From Escherichia coli (lineage in GTDB: Bacteria; Pseudomonadota; Gammaproteobacteria; Enterobacterales; Enterobacteriaceae): 64,000 nucleotides of DNA. Below, one piece after another: positions 21,865 to 32,700 of this stretch. The notes beneath the pieces are model-generated. The model was not told the origin of the DNA. It ran no database searches and worked only from the letters and a program-made list of their open reading frames with translations. How positions within the stretch are numbered: the stretch's first letter is position 1; each line of letters starts with the position of its first letter. The DNA lies in NCBI RefSeq assembly GCF_029227855.1, contig NZ_CP074356.1. The stretch is one strand, 5' to 3'. A program made the translations under genes and the position numbers.

Positions 21865-21892
21865 GGGGGAATACCGTTTCCCCCTTTAATAA
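21865..21892 (+). terminator. Intrinsic terminator after the small ORF (ggggga-ataccgtt-tccccc then TTTAATAAAGCTATTTTT)
   Basis: 6-bp GC stem plus T-rich tail read directly; also lies just past the convergent yehK stop. Confidence 0.5.
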
Positions 21893-21894
21893 AG

Positions 21895-22215
21895 CTATTT
21901 TTCTATTTCTTGGTTGAATATATTCTGTAGTTCGCGATTAAAAATGGCTATTACCGTTTCTGGTGATTCGCCCCGTAATTTTCGCTCATCAATAAACTCA
22001 TCTCTTATATAAATCAACGCATCATTTATTAGCGGGTCGACATCCTCTCGATCACGTTGATGAAATGTTGGATGTAGCCGGAATCGCTCCAGTCGGTAGA
22101 CGGAACCTGTAAATAATTCAGAGCATTTATGGATCTCAAGTCTGAAGGAAAACGGATCTTCAGGTACAGGGACCTCATAATCGTAAATAGCAACCAGCTC
22201 TTTTTGCACGATCAT
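21895..22215 (-). CDS. yehK: Uncharacterised protein YehK
   Basis: 106-aa ORF, 60 bp downstream of yehI. Confidence 0.7.
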   Translation of the reverse strand: MIVQKELVAIYDYEVPVPEDPFSFRLEIHKCSELFTGSVYRLERFRLHPTFHQRDREDVDPLINDALIYIRDEFIDERKLRGESPETVIAIFNRELQNIFNQEIEK

Positions 22216-22275
22216 CGCTTTTCCCGGTGGCAGGTCGTGTTAATAACGGGCAGTCGCATCACTGCCCGCTGTGTT

Positions 22276-25200
22276 TTAATGGAAAATGACGTCGGGTGCG
22301 CTTAACGCTTCACTCAAATCAAACACATCAAGTTCGGCAAAAGTGACAGATTTATTGTCACGGTATACATGAAGAGAACGGAAGCTCATTAGCGCTTTGC
22401 TATCAACATTGTAGTGGTTAAAACCGGATGAAAACTTAAGGACCAGCCGGTACTCGCCCAGGTCATAGACAAATGCATTCTCATAGCCTGACTCCCAGCC
22501 TTTGTATCGCATTCCCATAAGTTGCCCAACGGTAGCAGATTTACCTTCCCAGCGATTCAAACTATTACTGGCTGACTCGTCAGGCGTGAGCAGTACTGTG
22601 CGCCGTGCCAATTGGCGAAAAGGCGGCATAATTTCGTAATCGGCAAAAAGCTGTGCAAACTCACTGCGCATTTCTGCTGCCATTTCTAACGGGTGGGCAA
22701 TGCCAATCAGAGCATCGGCAGGCAGGTCAATTGGCTCATCTTGCTCATTGCAGAACTCCCCCTCAGCGGCCACACGAAAGGCGTTGAGTAAACGACGCGG
22801 TTCATTTGCCGGATAAACACCCCATATTAATCGCTGAGTAACCAGACGGGTAAAGGGATGATTAACAAACAGAGAATGAAAATCTGCCAGCGACCAGCGT
22901 CGGGTGGTGCGCAGGGCAGTTTCAAGACGCGGGAGCAGGTTTTTGCTCACCTGAGTGGCATCTTTTTTTAGCCCTTTTAGTCGGGCCAGTGCCTCGGGTG
23001 CTTTCAGTTGATCGTCATCGGCGCGCAACCGGGGAACGCTTTTCTGGCGAACGTTTTGCTGATCAAAGATAACCGGGTTAAGGTTTTCATCGAAGCGAAC
23101 GGTAAATTGCCGTGGACCAAAATCAAAAATCAACGCCTGCGGATCATCAAGACCCAGTGTTGGGACTAATCTGTCCGCTAACTGTTCCTGGCTTAGCCCT
23201 CGATTTTCTGCGACCACCTGAAGAAATTCCGCCGCGTTATCACGTAAGGGGCGGGATTTCGCCCGTTGCGATATATGATGCAGCTGTATCAGTGCCATAT
23301 CATTATTCATCTGAGTAAGTATGTTCAGGCCGCTGACGGCACGGGCAGATTTGCCTTCCTGTGGCCAGGCAAGGATCTGTGTCGTCAGATCCCGTGCCGT
23401 GCTTTCGTCGCCAAAGAGACTTAACGCCAGAAATGCCCAGTTGTCTTTTGCGGGAGCACCAGCTTGTTGCCACGCGGTGAAAAGATCCCAGGCAAAAGCT
23501 GCCAGCGTTTGCGGCTGGCAGAAAGTTTTCAGTTGTTCCAGTCCGCTATAAACGTCCGCCCTGGGTAAAGCGCAGCATTTCGCCGATAATTTCCAGTGCG
23601 TCATCGGTAACAGGCTGATTATTCGTGATAAGGCGCGGCCTGGACCACATTGCCGGCTGCCAGAAATCAGGGGCTTTTGGAATGCGTGTCGGGTAAATCT
23701 CTATTGGACTCTGTTTAAGTAAATGCTCCAGGGCAGGCCATACATCTGTACGCTGCCAGCGGTTTGCCGCGGTTTGCAGCAATTCACCATGTCCCTGTTC
23801 GTAAAGTAAACGTAGGGCAAGTAATGCAGCTTCGCTATTATCGCTGGATTTGGTGAAGACAAGAGGGATAAGTGCAGTAGCCGTATGTTCCGGCCATTGT
23901 AAAATCCACTGGCGAGCCAGATCACGCTGCGCCGCGAAACGTCGCCAGACGCGGGCAACGGGCAGGGCCAGTTCTGTTGCGCCAAAATTTAAAATTAACG
24001 GAAATGTTTCTTTTGGACGATATGAAAAAGCCAACAGCAGACCTGGTAGAGCATCCAATCCGAAGATACTGAGAAAATAGTCCTCACCCGCTAACAGATG
24101 CTTTTTCTCATTGATACGTAGCCAGAAAGTCAAAGCCATCTCACGCGGCAACTGTGCCAATAAATACAGGTTCCAGATACTCTTTTCCCGACGATAGCGT
24201 GAGTAGCTGTCATTTTCCCATATGTTAATTAACACTTCTACGTGACCGCTGCGAAGCGCCTGTTCTGCTAATTGTGCTTCCGGGGAGTTCCAGCCATTCA
24301 GGATCTCTTCAACCCGCCCCTGGTAGTAATGCCACTGAACAATGAGTGAATTGCGTGCAGCATCCAGTTTTCCGGGGAGTATATAATTCAGAAACAGCCA
24401 TACATCATCTCCAAAACCCAGCTCCTGTAGTACAACTCGTCCACTTTTATGTTCCATGCGTTCCGAAAGAGATTCCGTGCTGAAATAACGGGCAGACTCA
24501 GTGGCGGCAAGCCTCTCTCGTTCGCCTGGTTGCCAGTAAACTTGCGGCGTTAATTCGAACGGTGCCAAATCAAGACGTGGAACTGTCATTTTTTTCTTAC
24601 TACGCCACGGTGGTGAAACGAGGATTTCAGGCATTTGGCTGTTATCGGTGCTATCAATAACCGTTTTAGGCGGTGCCGATAAATAACTATTCAGCACTGA
24701 CCGGGCTTGAGTACTTAACCACGGCATCACCTCTTCTGCCAGTTGTGGCTGCGATGCCATCAGCGTTTGTAACAGCGTACGCCAGTATTCATCACGTGCT
24801 TTTTGCTGTGCAGGCAGCTTTTTGTCTTCGATGATTGGATAACCAGGGCGCGTAGGTGGTTCTTTTAGCGCCAGCAGTTCTGCCAGTGCGGCAAGCGTCG
24901 CATGGGGGAAATTTTTACTGTATTTAGCTACACGTTGCAGGCTGGGTTTGTTTTTATCAGCAACTAACAGCAGGGTGCGGATGACCTGCGGATGGTTAAT
25001 TTGTACCAGCAGACTGCCGCAATCTTCTTTATGGGCATACATTGCCAGGCGTGGAACGGCTGCCAGTCCTTGTTCGCGCAAAAGGGCAGCGCAGGCCGCG
25101 TAGCCGAAGTGGTTTTCATGCGACATGTAGCTGGCTTCCCGATCGCTAAATATATCCTGGCTCCAGTAGCGTTCGAGTTTTCTCACCGCTCTGGGGTCAA

Positions 25201-25906
25201 TAGCAACAACTTTTAACCACTCCTTAGAATGAAAATGAGTCCACGGGCATTCAAGGCTTACCAACTCATTGGCGATTTCTGGTTTTTCCGGGAGGATCAG
25301 AGCAATAAAAGGGCGGCGAACTTTGGTTATTCCTGGCAGTGCGGCAATGAGTTTGTCGGCGCAACGCTGCCAGCTGCTTTCCTCTGCCAGAGAGAGATGC
25401 TTACGCAGTCGGAGATCGAATTCGTTATAGGTTTCTGATCGATAACCATAGCCATAATCCTCGTTCTGATACTGCAATGTCACTAGCAGAGGATCACTTT
25501 CATAACATCGTGTAATAAACTGGCGTGCAATCACCACCTCAGTCGCATATTCCAGTCCCTCTTGTTGGACGATTTCGTCGAGCAACTGTTGGCTATCATT
25601 TTGCGCGATACAGGCTAGCGCCGCCATTGTCCGGGCCGGAACTGAGGGTTTGTGTTCGCCAATCAAGTTGATGGCCTGCGTAATGGCCGACTGCCACTCC
25701 AGTGAAAAATTTTCATAACGCCAGACAATGTTTTTTTTCTTCTCAGCTTTTTGTAGCAATTCATCACCCAGTGTCTGGATGAGGCTTTCAGTGATAACAG
25801 GCACCGGTTCGCCCGGCCAACTGCGATGGCTGAGCGGCGTTTTGCCTTTTTTATATTTCAGTTCCACTTGGGCGTTATCCGCCAGCCACGGTAATTCCTT
25901 GTCCAT
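22276..25906 (-). pseudogene. yehI: yehI (MolR-family paralog lacking the N-terminal WGR domain) split by a frameshift near 23546-23604
   Basis: ORF-track pieces 23546-25906 and 22276-23604 are in different frames; start MDKELPWLADNAQ; both halves align with the two upstream paralogs across the break. Confidence 0.65.
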
Positions 25907-25915
25907 GCTCTTTCC

Positions 25916-25990
25916 TTATTCAAACAGGGCTTCAATATCGTTAATGAGTTCGCTGGCGGTGATGTCGTCGAGCACGGAGAACTGCGCTTC
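25916..25990. repeat. Near-identical 3' gene-end tract shared by paralogs B and A (partner at 29723-29800)
   Basis: Includes the identical 27-nt run tcgttaatgagttcgctggcggtgatg. Confidence 0.7.
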
Positions 25991-28900
25991 CTGAGTTGAA
26001 TTACTCCCCCAGCCATAGCTTTCCGCTTTGCCTTCCCATAGCCACAGCTTGCTTAAGACCTGCTCAGCGCTAAGATCGGCTGGTGACATACCCACCGCAA
26101 AACCTTCGTCGATTTCCATGATTAACGACCAGCGACCGAGAGGTTTGATCATCCATCCGATCCAGCCTCCATCCTGTGGTTCGCCCTTTATCCAGCCTTT
26201 ATTTGCCAGCCCCATGACCCGGCCGCTCGGGCATTTTCTGCCTGCCCAGCGGGTCAGTTCGCTGGCGTTGCGCTCGGCTTCTGTCAGGGCGTAACTGTTA
26301 CGTTCAAGCTGACGGAACGGTGGTAGCAGTTCGTAGTCGGCAAAAAGCTGACCAAAGGCGACAGCATCCGTCGGTGATATTTCCAGAACGTGAGGAATGC
26401 CAACAGAGATATCGCCTTCCTGCAAGGTGAAAAGATCATCGTCAGCGGTGCTGTAGCTGTTATCTTCCGCCACCCTAAAGCACGCCTGTAGCTGGTTTTC
26501 GGCGCTATAAACGCCCCAAATCAGACGGCGGGTTAAGTGACGAACCAGCGGATGCTCAACCAGGAAGAGCTGAAAGTTTTCCGGCGACCAGCGGCGGCGC
26601 AGGCACATGGCGGATTCCAGCCTTGCTACCTGCTGGGCGGCGACGGTACGCGCATCTTTTTTCAGCAATTTGTAGCGGTTAACAGCATCGTTTGCCTGTG
26701 ATTCATCATCGCTTTTATTGGGTTTAGGTAAGTCTTTCAGGCGGCTGCCGGAAACATCGCGCACAAACGGTTTTAAGGTTTCATCAAAGCTGACGGTGAA
26801 CTGCCGTGGGCCAAAATCCAGCAGCAGCGAACCGTTATCATCCAGACCGAGAGCCGGTGCTAACCGATCTTCAAGCTCCGCTACCGTCAGTTCGCGACTT
26901 TCGGCAATGTCGGCAATTTTCTCTTTCGCCCGCTCCTGTAATGCTTTGAATTTCAGTTTCTGGGCAATGCCGTTAAGCTGCATCAGGGCGATATCACTAC
27001 TGATAGCGGCGAGGATATCCAGCCCGACGGTGGCGCGTTTATGCTGGGATTCACCAGGCCAGGCGCGTATTAATGGCGTCAGTTTGCGGGCGGTGTTATC
27101 GTTACCGAGAACGCCTAACGCAGTGAACGCCCAACTCTCTTTCGACGGCGCGCCAGCGGTCTGCCAGGCGGTAAACAGATCCCAGGCAAATTCAGCCAGT
27201 GAGTCGGCGGTACAGGCATCTTTCACCTGCAATAATCCCGGATACAGCGCCTCCTCCTGATGGAAGCGGAGCATTTCACCGAGGTGCTGGAGTGCGCTAT
27301 CGGGCAGTGATTGGGCATTTGCTTTTAATACCGGGCGGGTCCAGATCGATGGCTGATAAAAGGCCGGAAGAGTGGGGATTTTTGTCGGGTGATTATCTAA
27401 GGGATCGAGCGCAAGCATAGCGTTCACCGCATTTGTTACTTCCGGCTGGTTATAACGCCGGGCGATTTCTTGCAGTAATGGTTGATGACCGTTTTCGGTA
27501 AGCATACGCAATGCAGCGCGGGCGTTATCCTGTGCTTCACCGGCTTTGCCGAGCGCCGCAGACAGCAGGCCGGTAATGGCGTGTTCCGGGTATTTCAGCA
27601 GCCAGGTGCGGGCGTCTTGTCGTAGGGTTTTGAGTTTGTTGAAGGCGCGGGCGACGGCAGGTGCCAGCTCACTCGCTGCGAAGTAATTCGTTATGGGCAA
27701 GGCTTCCTGTGGATAGCGTGCAAGTGAGTTTACTAACCCAGGTAATCCTTTGAGTCCAAAATGTAACATGGCGTATTCGGTATCGGTATGCGGAGATAGA
27801 GTAAGGGCATTCCATGCTCTTACTGCTTTCTCCAGCGGCAATGTTGTCAAAATCCCCAAATGCCAATAATGCCCGGTAGGTGAATGAAACACCTTAAATT
27901 CACTTATTAAAGTTGAATAATCTTCATTTAGCCATGCCTCAACTACCGCTTCGGGAGCTTTAATATATGTACCAGCGATCCGTCGTTGAAAACCCATCCT
28001 TGCCAACAGATTGGCAGTACTTTCTTCATGACTAACCGTGATGTGTTTTGAATACCAGATATATTTCGCCAAAAGTTGATTACTGATTTCTTCTGTCAGA
28101 TAACTGATTGGCTCAATACCTAATGGTGCTAAATCAAGCACTGGAATCGGCGATTTTTTCTTTTTCGAAAGCCATGGTGGGGAGACTACTATGGCCGGCA
28201 GTAGATCGGCGCTGGCATGGTTTGAGGGCTGTGTCAGTTGTTGCTGGCATGATTTCAGCACTGCAACTGCGGGTGTCGAAAGCCAGGGAATGACCTGTTC
28301 TGCTAGTGTCGGTTGCGAGATAAGCATCGTCATTAGCATAATGCGCCAACTATTCTCTTCTTTTTGCACTAGAAGTTCCGCCAGTGCTGCCAGTGCTGCG
28401 TGTGGGAACGCAGCGCAGGCTTTCGTCATTCGATCGTGACAGCGTTTAGTATGCCCTGCTACACGTATAAGCAGTGTTAATGCGAACGGATGATTGATAT
28501 GACGCAACACATCGGCGCAGTAGTCACTTGCGACATAGGGAGCAAATCGGGGCAGGGCCGCAACACCTTGCTCCTGTAATACGGTGGCTGACCATATCGC
28601 ACCACAATAGTAATCATCAAAAATGGCATATGGCTCGTGATATTTTTCTAATGAGGCAAGAATGTGCTCATCAGTCGCCACTATTTTTAGCCACTCCAGC
28701 GAGGGTAATTTCTTTTGCCCCAGTAGACGCTGGGCAATTTCATGTGCAATTTCTGGTTTTTCGGGCAATAACAAAGCAATTAATGGTTGCCGCCATTCTG
28801 GAATATGTGGAACTGCGGCAATAAGTTTTTGTGCACATTTTTGCCAGAGAGACTCTTCCGCCAGTGATAAATGTTTACGTAGGCGTAATTCAAAGCTGGA

Positions 28901-29710
28901 ATATTGCTGCAAATAATCAGGTGAAATGCCAGACGACAGGAAAACAATATTATTGTTGACATAATCCCATTCAATAGATATTTGTTGAAGATGTATTATT
29001 ACATCAGTAGCATATTCCAGACCGCCTTCCTGAATAATCTGATCCATAACATCCGCACGCTCTTTATATCTCGTGCAGTGCAGTTCAAGTGCCGCGAGTA
29101 CAGCCATTACCGGTGATGGTAATTTTGTCGTTTTCGGGCTGTTAATCAGATCGATCGCCTGAGCGATGAAGTTTTGCCACTCTAAAGTACAGGCGCTGAA
29201 GTCAAATGTAGCTGTTTTGTTATCCCGTTGCGACACGCCACAGGCTAAGCGACGTAACTGGGTTAATTTATCTACAGGTGTAACAGGATCTCCGGGAAAG
29301 CGGCGATGGCTTAAGGTGGTGGGTACGACTTCAAGCGGAAAAACGACAGCAATATCTTTTGCCAGCCACGGTAAAATAACGTCTGTATTTTTGTCAGCCA
29401 CGTAGAATTCTGGTGTAACTGAGGGCTGTTCCTGAATGATGGTAGAAAAGTCAGATAATTCGAGAGATTTCGTTACCGTTCGAGTATGTTTCGATGTAGC
29501 ATTCTCCGCATGTTCCACATACCCCTTTTTCGTTTTCTCCGCAATCAGCTTGAGTTCCGCTTTTTCCGCCGCCGCAGCATCTGCAAAGCTTTTTACCTGA
29601 CTTTGCCCGTTGGTGCCGACTTTGCCCCAACTGATATTCAGTTCGTTTCCCTGCTGCTCCACCGCCCAGAATTTATGTGATTTTTCGTCCTGATAAATAT
29701 AGGTTTTCAT
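25916..29710 (-). CDS. MolR-family protein, paralog B (N-terminal WGR domain, DUF4132-type C-terminal region), 1264 aa
   Basis: Start MKTYIYQDEKSHKFWAVEQQGNELNISWGKVGT (WGR motif); ends ITASELINDIEALFE; SD overlaps the stop of paralog A. Confidence 0.8.
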   Translation of the reverse strand: MKTYIYQDEKSHKFWAVEQQGNELNISWGKVGTNGQSQVKSFADAAAAEKAELKLIAEKTKKGYVEHAENATSKHTRTVTKSLELSDFSTIIQEQPSVTPEFYVADKNTDVILPWLAKDIAVVFPLEVVPTTLSHRRFPGDPVTPVDKLTQLRRLACGVSQRDNKTATFDFSACTLEWQNFIAQAIDLINSPKTTKLPSPVMAVLAALELHCTRYKERADVMDQIIQEGGLEYATDVIIHLQQISIEWDYVNNNIVFLSSGISPDYLQQYSSFELRLRKHLSLAEESLWQKCAQKLIAAVPHIPEWRQPLIALLLPEKPEIAHEIAQRLLGQKKLPSLEWLKIVATDEHILASLEKYHEPYAIFDDYYCGAIWSATVLQEQGVAALPRFAPYVASDYCADVLRHINHPFALTLLIRVAGHTKRCHDRMTKACAAFPHAALAALAELLVQKEENSWRIMLMTMLISQPTLAEQVIPWLSTPAVAVLKSCQQQLTQPSNHASADLLPAIVVSPPWLSKKKKSPIPVLDLAPLGIEPISYLTEEISNQLLAKYIWYSKHITVSHEESTANLLARMGFQRRIAGTYIKAPEAVVEAWLNEDYSTLISEFKVFHSPTGHYWHLGILTTLPLEKAVRAWNALTLSPHTDTEYAMLHFGLKGLPGLVNSLARYPQEALPITNYFAASELAPAVARAFNKLKTLRQDARTWLLKYPEHAITGLLSAALGKAGEAQDNARAALRMLTENGHQPLLQEIARRYNQPEVTNAVNAMLALDPLDNHPTKIPTLPAFYQPSIWTRPVLKANAQSLPDSALQHLGEMLRFHQEEALYPGLLQVKDACTADSLAEFAWDLFTAWQTAGAPSKESWAFTALGVLGNDNTARKLTPLIRAWPGESQHKRATVGLDILAAISSDIALMQLNGIAQKLKFKALQERAKEKIADIAESRELTVAELEDRLAPALGLDDNGSLLLDFGPRQFTVSFDETLKPFVRDVSGSRLKDLPKPNKSDDESQANDAVNRYKLLKKDARTVAAQQVARLESAMCLRRRWSPENFQLFLVEHPLVRHLTRRLIWGVYSAENQLQACFRVAEDNSYSTADDDLFTLQEGDISVGIPHVLEISPTDAVAFGQLFADYELLPPFRQLERNSYALTEAERNASELTRWAGRKCPSGRVMGLANKGWIKGEPQDGGWIGWMIKPLGRWSLIMEIDEGFAVGMSPADLSAEQVLSKLWLWEGKAESYGWGSNSTQEAQFSVLDDITASELINDIEALFE

Positions 29711-29722
29711 TGCAAAGTCCTT
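29590..29722. repeat. Near-identical 5' gene-end tract shared by paralogs B and A (partner at 33388-33520)
   Basis: Includes the identical 37-nt run ctccaccgcccagaatttatgtgatttttcgtcctga in both copies. Confidence 0.7.
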
Positions 29723-32700
29723 TTAATCAAAAAGTGATTCGATGTCGTTAATGAGTTCGCTGGCGGTGATGGCATCAAGCGCGGAGAACGTGAGCGAGGG
29801 CTGTGTACTGTAGCGTTCCCCTGGTGAAGTGATTTTTACGCTTTCAACAGGTAGCAGGTCGCTATACCCCGTTTCGCCATAAATTAATGAAAAATGTTCT
29901 GTTTCAAGTTCGAGAGCGCCATAAGGGGTAGATTTGCGCATCGCATAGACGCTGCCGCTTTCTTCCAGACGTTGCCAGCCTCGACGTTCCAGCCCGACAA
30001 TGCGCCCGGCCTGGCAAAGACGTCCTTGCCAGCGTATCAATTCATGGGTATCACGTTCATTATCAGTAAGGTGGTAATAACCACGATCGAGTTGGCGAAA
30101 GGGAGGAAGCTTTTCGTAATCAGCATAAATTTGCCCAAATGCAGTGGCGGATTCAGGAGATATTTCCAGCACATGCGGTATACCGATGTTTCCTGCTGGC
30201 AGCGTGAATAACTCATCCTGCGCATCGCTGTAAGTGCTGTCTTCTGCGACCCGGAAGCAGGCGATCAGCGTGTTTTCCTCAGTATATACCCCCCATAACA
30301 CCCGTCGGGTTAAGTGACGTACCAGCGGATGCTCCACCAGAAACAGGCGGAACTGCTCTGCCGTCCAGCGTCTGCGCTGGCACATATCCTGCTCCAGACG
30401 ATCAATCTGCTGGCTGGCAATGGCGTGCACATCTTTCTTCAATTGTTTGAAGAGGTTAACGGAGTCAGTTGCCAGTGTTTGATCATCGCTCTGATTTGGT
30501 TTGGGTAAATCTTTCAGGACTTTGCCGTTTGCATCGTGCACTACAGGTTTTAAGGTTTCGTCAAAACCAACGGTGAATTGACGTGGGCCGAAATCCAGTA
30601 TCAGCGAGCCACTGTTATCAAGCCCTAAATCTGGAGCCAGGCGGTCTTCCAGTTCAGCCATAGTCAGCCCACGGTTTTCAGCAACTATGTTGATTTTCTC
30701 GCGGGCATGTTCCTGTAATGCTTTGAATTTAATTTTTCGCGCGATGCCATTAAGCAGCATTAGCGCAACATCGCTGCCAATATCAGCTAATACATCCAGC
30801 CCGTAAACCGCGCGTTTATGCTGGGATTCACCCGGCCAGGCACGGATAAGCGGGGTTAATTTACGTGCGGTGTCGTCATTGCCTAAAATCCCAAGCGAAG
30901 TAAATGCCCAGTTTTCTTTTGCGGGTGCGCCAGCTTCTGTCCATGCCGTGTAGAGATCCCAGCCAAAGTCAGCCAGTGATTCGTGGGTGAAGGTCTCTTT
31001 GATGGTCGCCAGCCCAGCGTAGGAGGTAATGTCGCGTGGAAAGCTCAACATTGTGCCCAGGTGGCGCATAGCGTCATCTGGCAGAGGCAGGTTGTTACTT
31101 TTAAGCCGTGGTCTGCGCCATAAGGTGAACTGATAAAAGCCGGGCAGTGGGGCGATTTTAGCGGGATATTCTTCCAGCGGATCGCTATCGAACAATGTTG
31201 CCAGCGCAGCTAAAACATCAGGTTGGTTGTATCTCCGGCCGATTTCTTCAATCGTTTCTCGCTGGTTTAATTTCACTAGCAGGCGGAATGCCTGGCGGGC
31301 ATATTCCCGATTTTGGCACGGTTTGCCCAGCGCCAAAGGCAGTAGCCCGGCGGCGGCATGGCGCGGGTTATTTGCCAGCCAATTAATGGCATCCTTGTAA
31401 GCCATTTTTTTCTGTAACCGCTGCGCCATTGGTAAGGCTAGTTCACTGGCCCCAATAAAGAGGGTGAATATCCACAGTCGTTGATGATCTCGTTGCAAGC
31501 AGGTCATAAACGCAGGAATGGCCGTACTACCAAAAACTGCCAGAATCTCTTTCTCACCTGAATATCGCTCCTCAATGATTATTTGGTTGAGAAATGAAAT
31601 CGCCTGTTGTCCCGGTAAGTAACAAAGCGCAGATAGATTCCAGCTTTTGTTGGCATTGTTGTGATATTTCGCAAACTCAGCTTTTAGTGCTGGAAAATCA
31701 AAGCGCAACAAGGCATCAACAGCGCTTTGCGGTATATATTTTTTTTCATGTAAGTCATCTTCGCAATGCAGCCATTCATTAAAACCTAATTGCCAAAGGA
31801 TTTGTTGTTCTGGTGTAAAAGGAATGAAAGATGTCTCCCAGCTTTCTTTTTCAATTAGTGGCAGGTCGGTAAATAAGGTTTGCTGTGATGACTGATATTG
31901 CGCGATTTCACTGAATCTGGATATGTCAGTATGACTGATTAACTCTGTAATTCCTGGCGTGATGTCAGTGACTGCAGGGATGGGAAGCACCGGTAAATCA
32001 AATACGGGTATTACATTCGTTTTCTTATTTATTACCCACGGTGGAGCGACAAATAGCTCCGGCAACATATCCGCAGTGGCGTATTCACATTCTTCAGCGA
32101 CTAACTGAGTACGACATTCAGATAAGATGCCTGCCGCTTTAGCATTAACCCAGGGAATGACGTCAGTGACTAAATCTGGCGTGGCGGTAATCAGTTTGAC
32201 AAGCGCTTTACGCCACTGTGCATCTTCATGTATTGCCAGTAAAGTTGCATAAGCGGCAAGAGCCGCAGCGGGATGTTTTTGACAGGCTTTGCTTAAGTAT
32301 TCCAGGTGCTTTTTCTTGCCAATTACACCGAGGATCAGAATTTGAATCGCATCCGGGTGATTCGTTTTCCATAGCCATTTGACAAGATCTTCAGTCTCGC
32401 TGATGCGCTCGAAGAGATAAGTGGGATTGTCAGAATGCTCTTCCGTAAACTCAAGAAGTATCCGGCTTACACCGCGCACCCCATTATTTGCCAGCAACAT
32501 TGCCAGATAAGCGCGAAAATCATGATACAACGGTGGGAAGTCGTATTTTTCTGCTGTAGTCAGAGCGGCGTCATCGGTTACCACCAGTCTTAACCAGGTC
32601 ATCGCCGGAACGTTTTGATCTGCATAACGTAGCGCCATAGCATTGGCAATATCCGGGCGTTCAGGGAGCAGTAACGCCGCAAAAGGTTGCCGTGCTGGGG

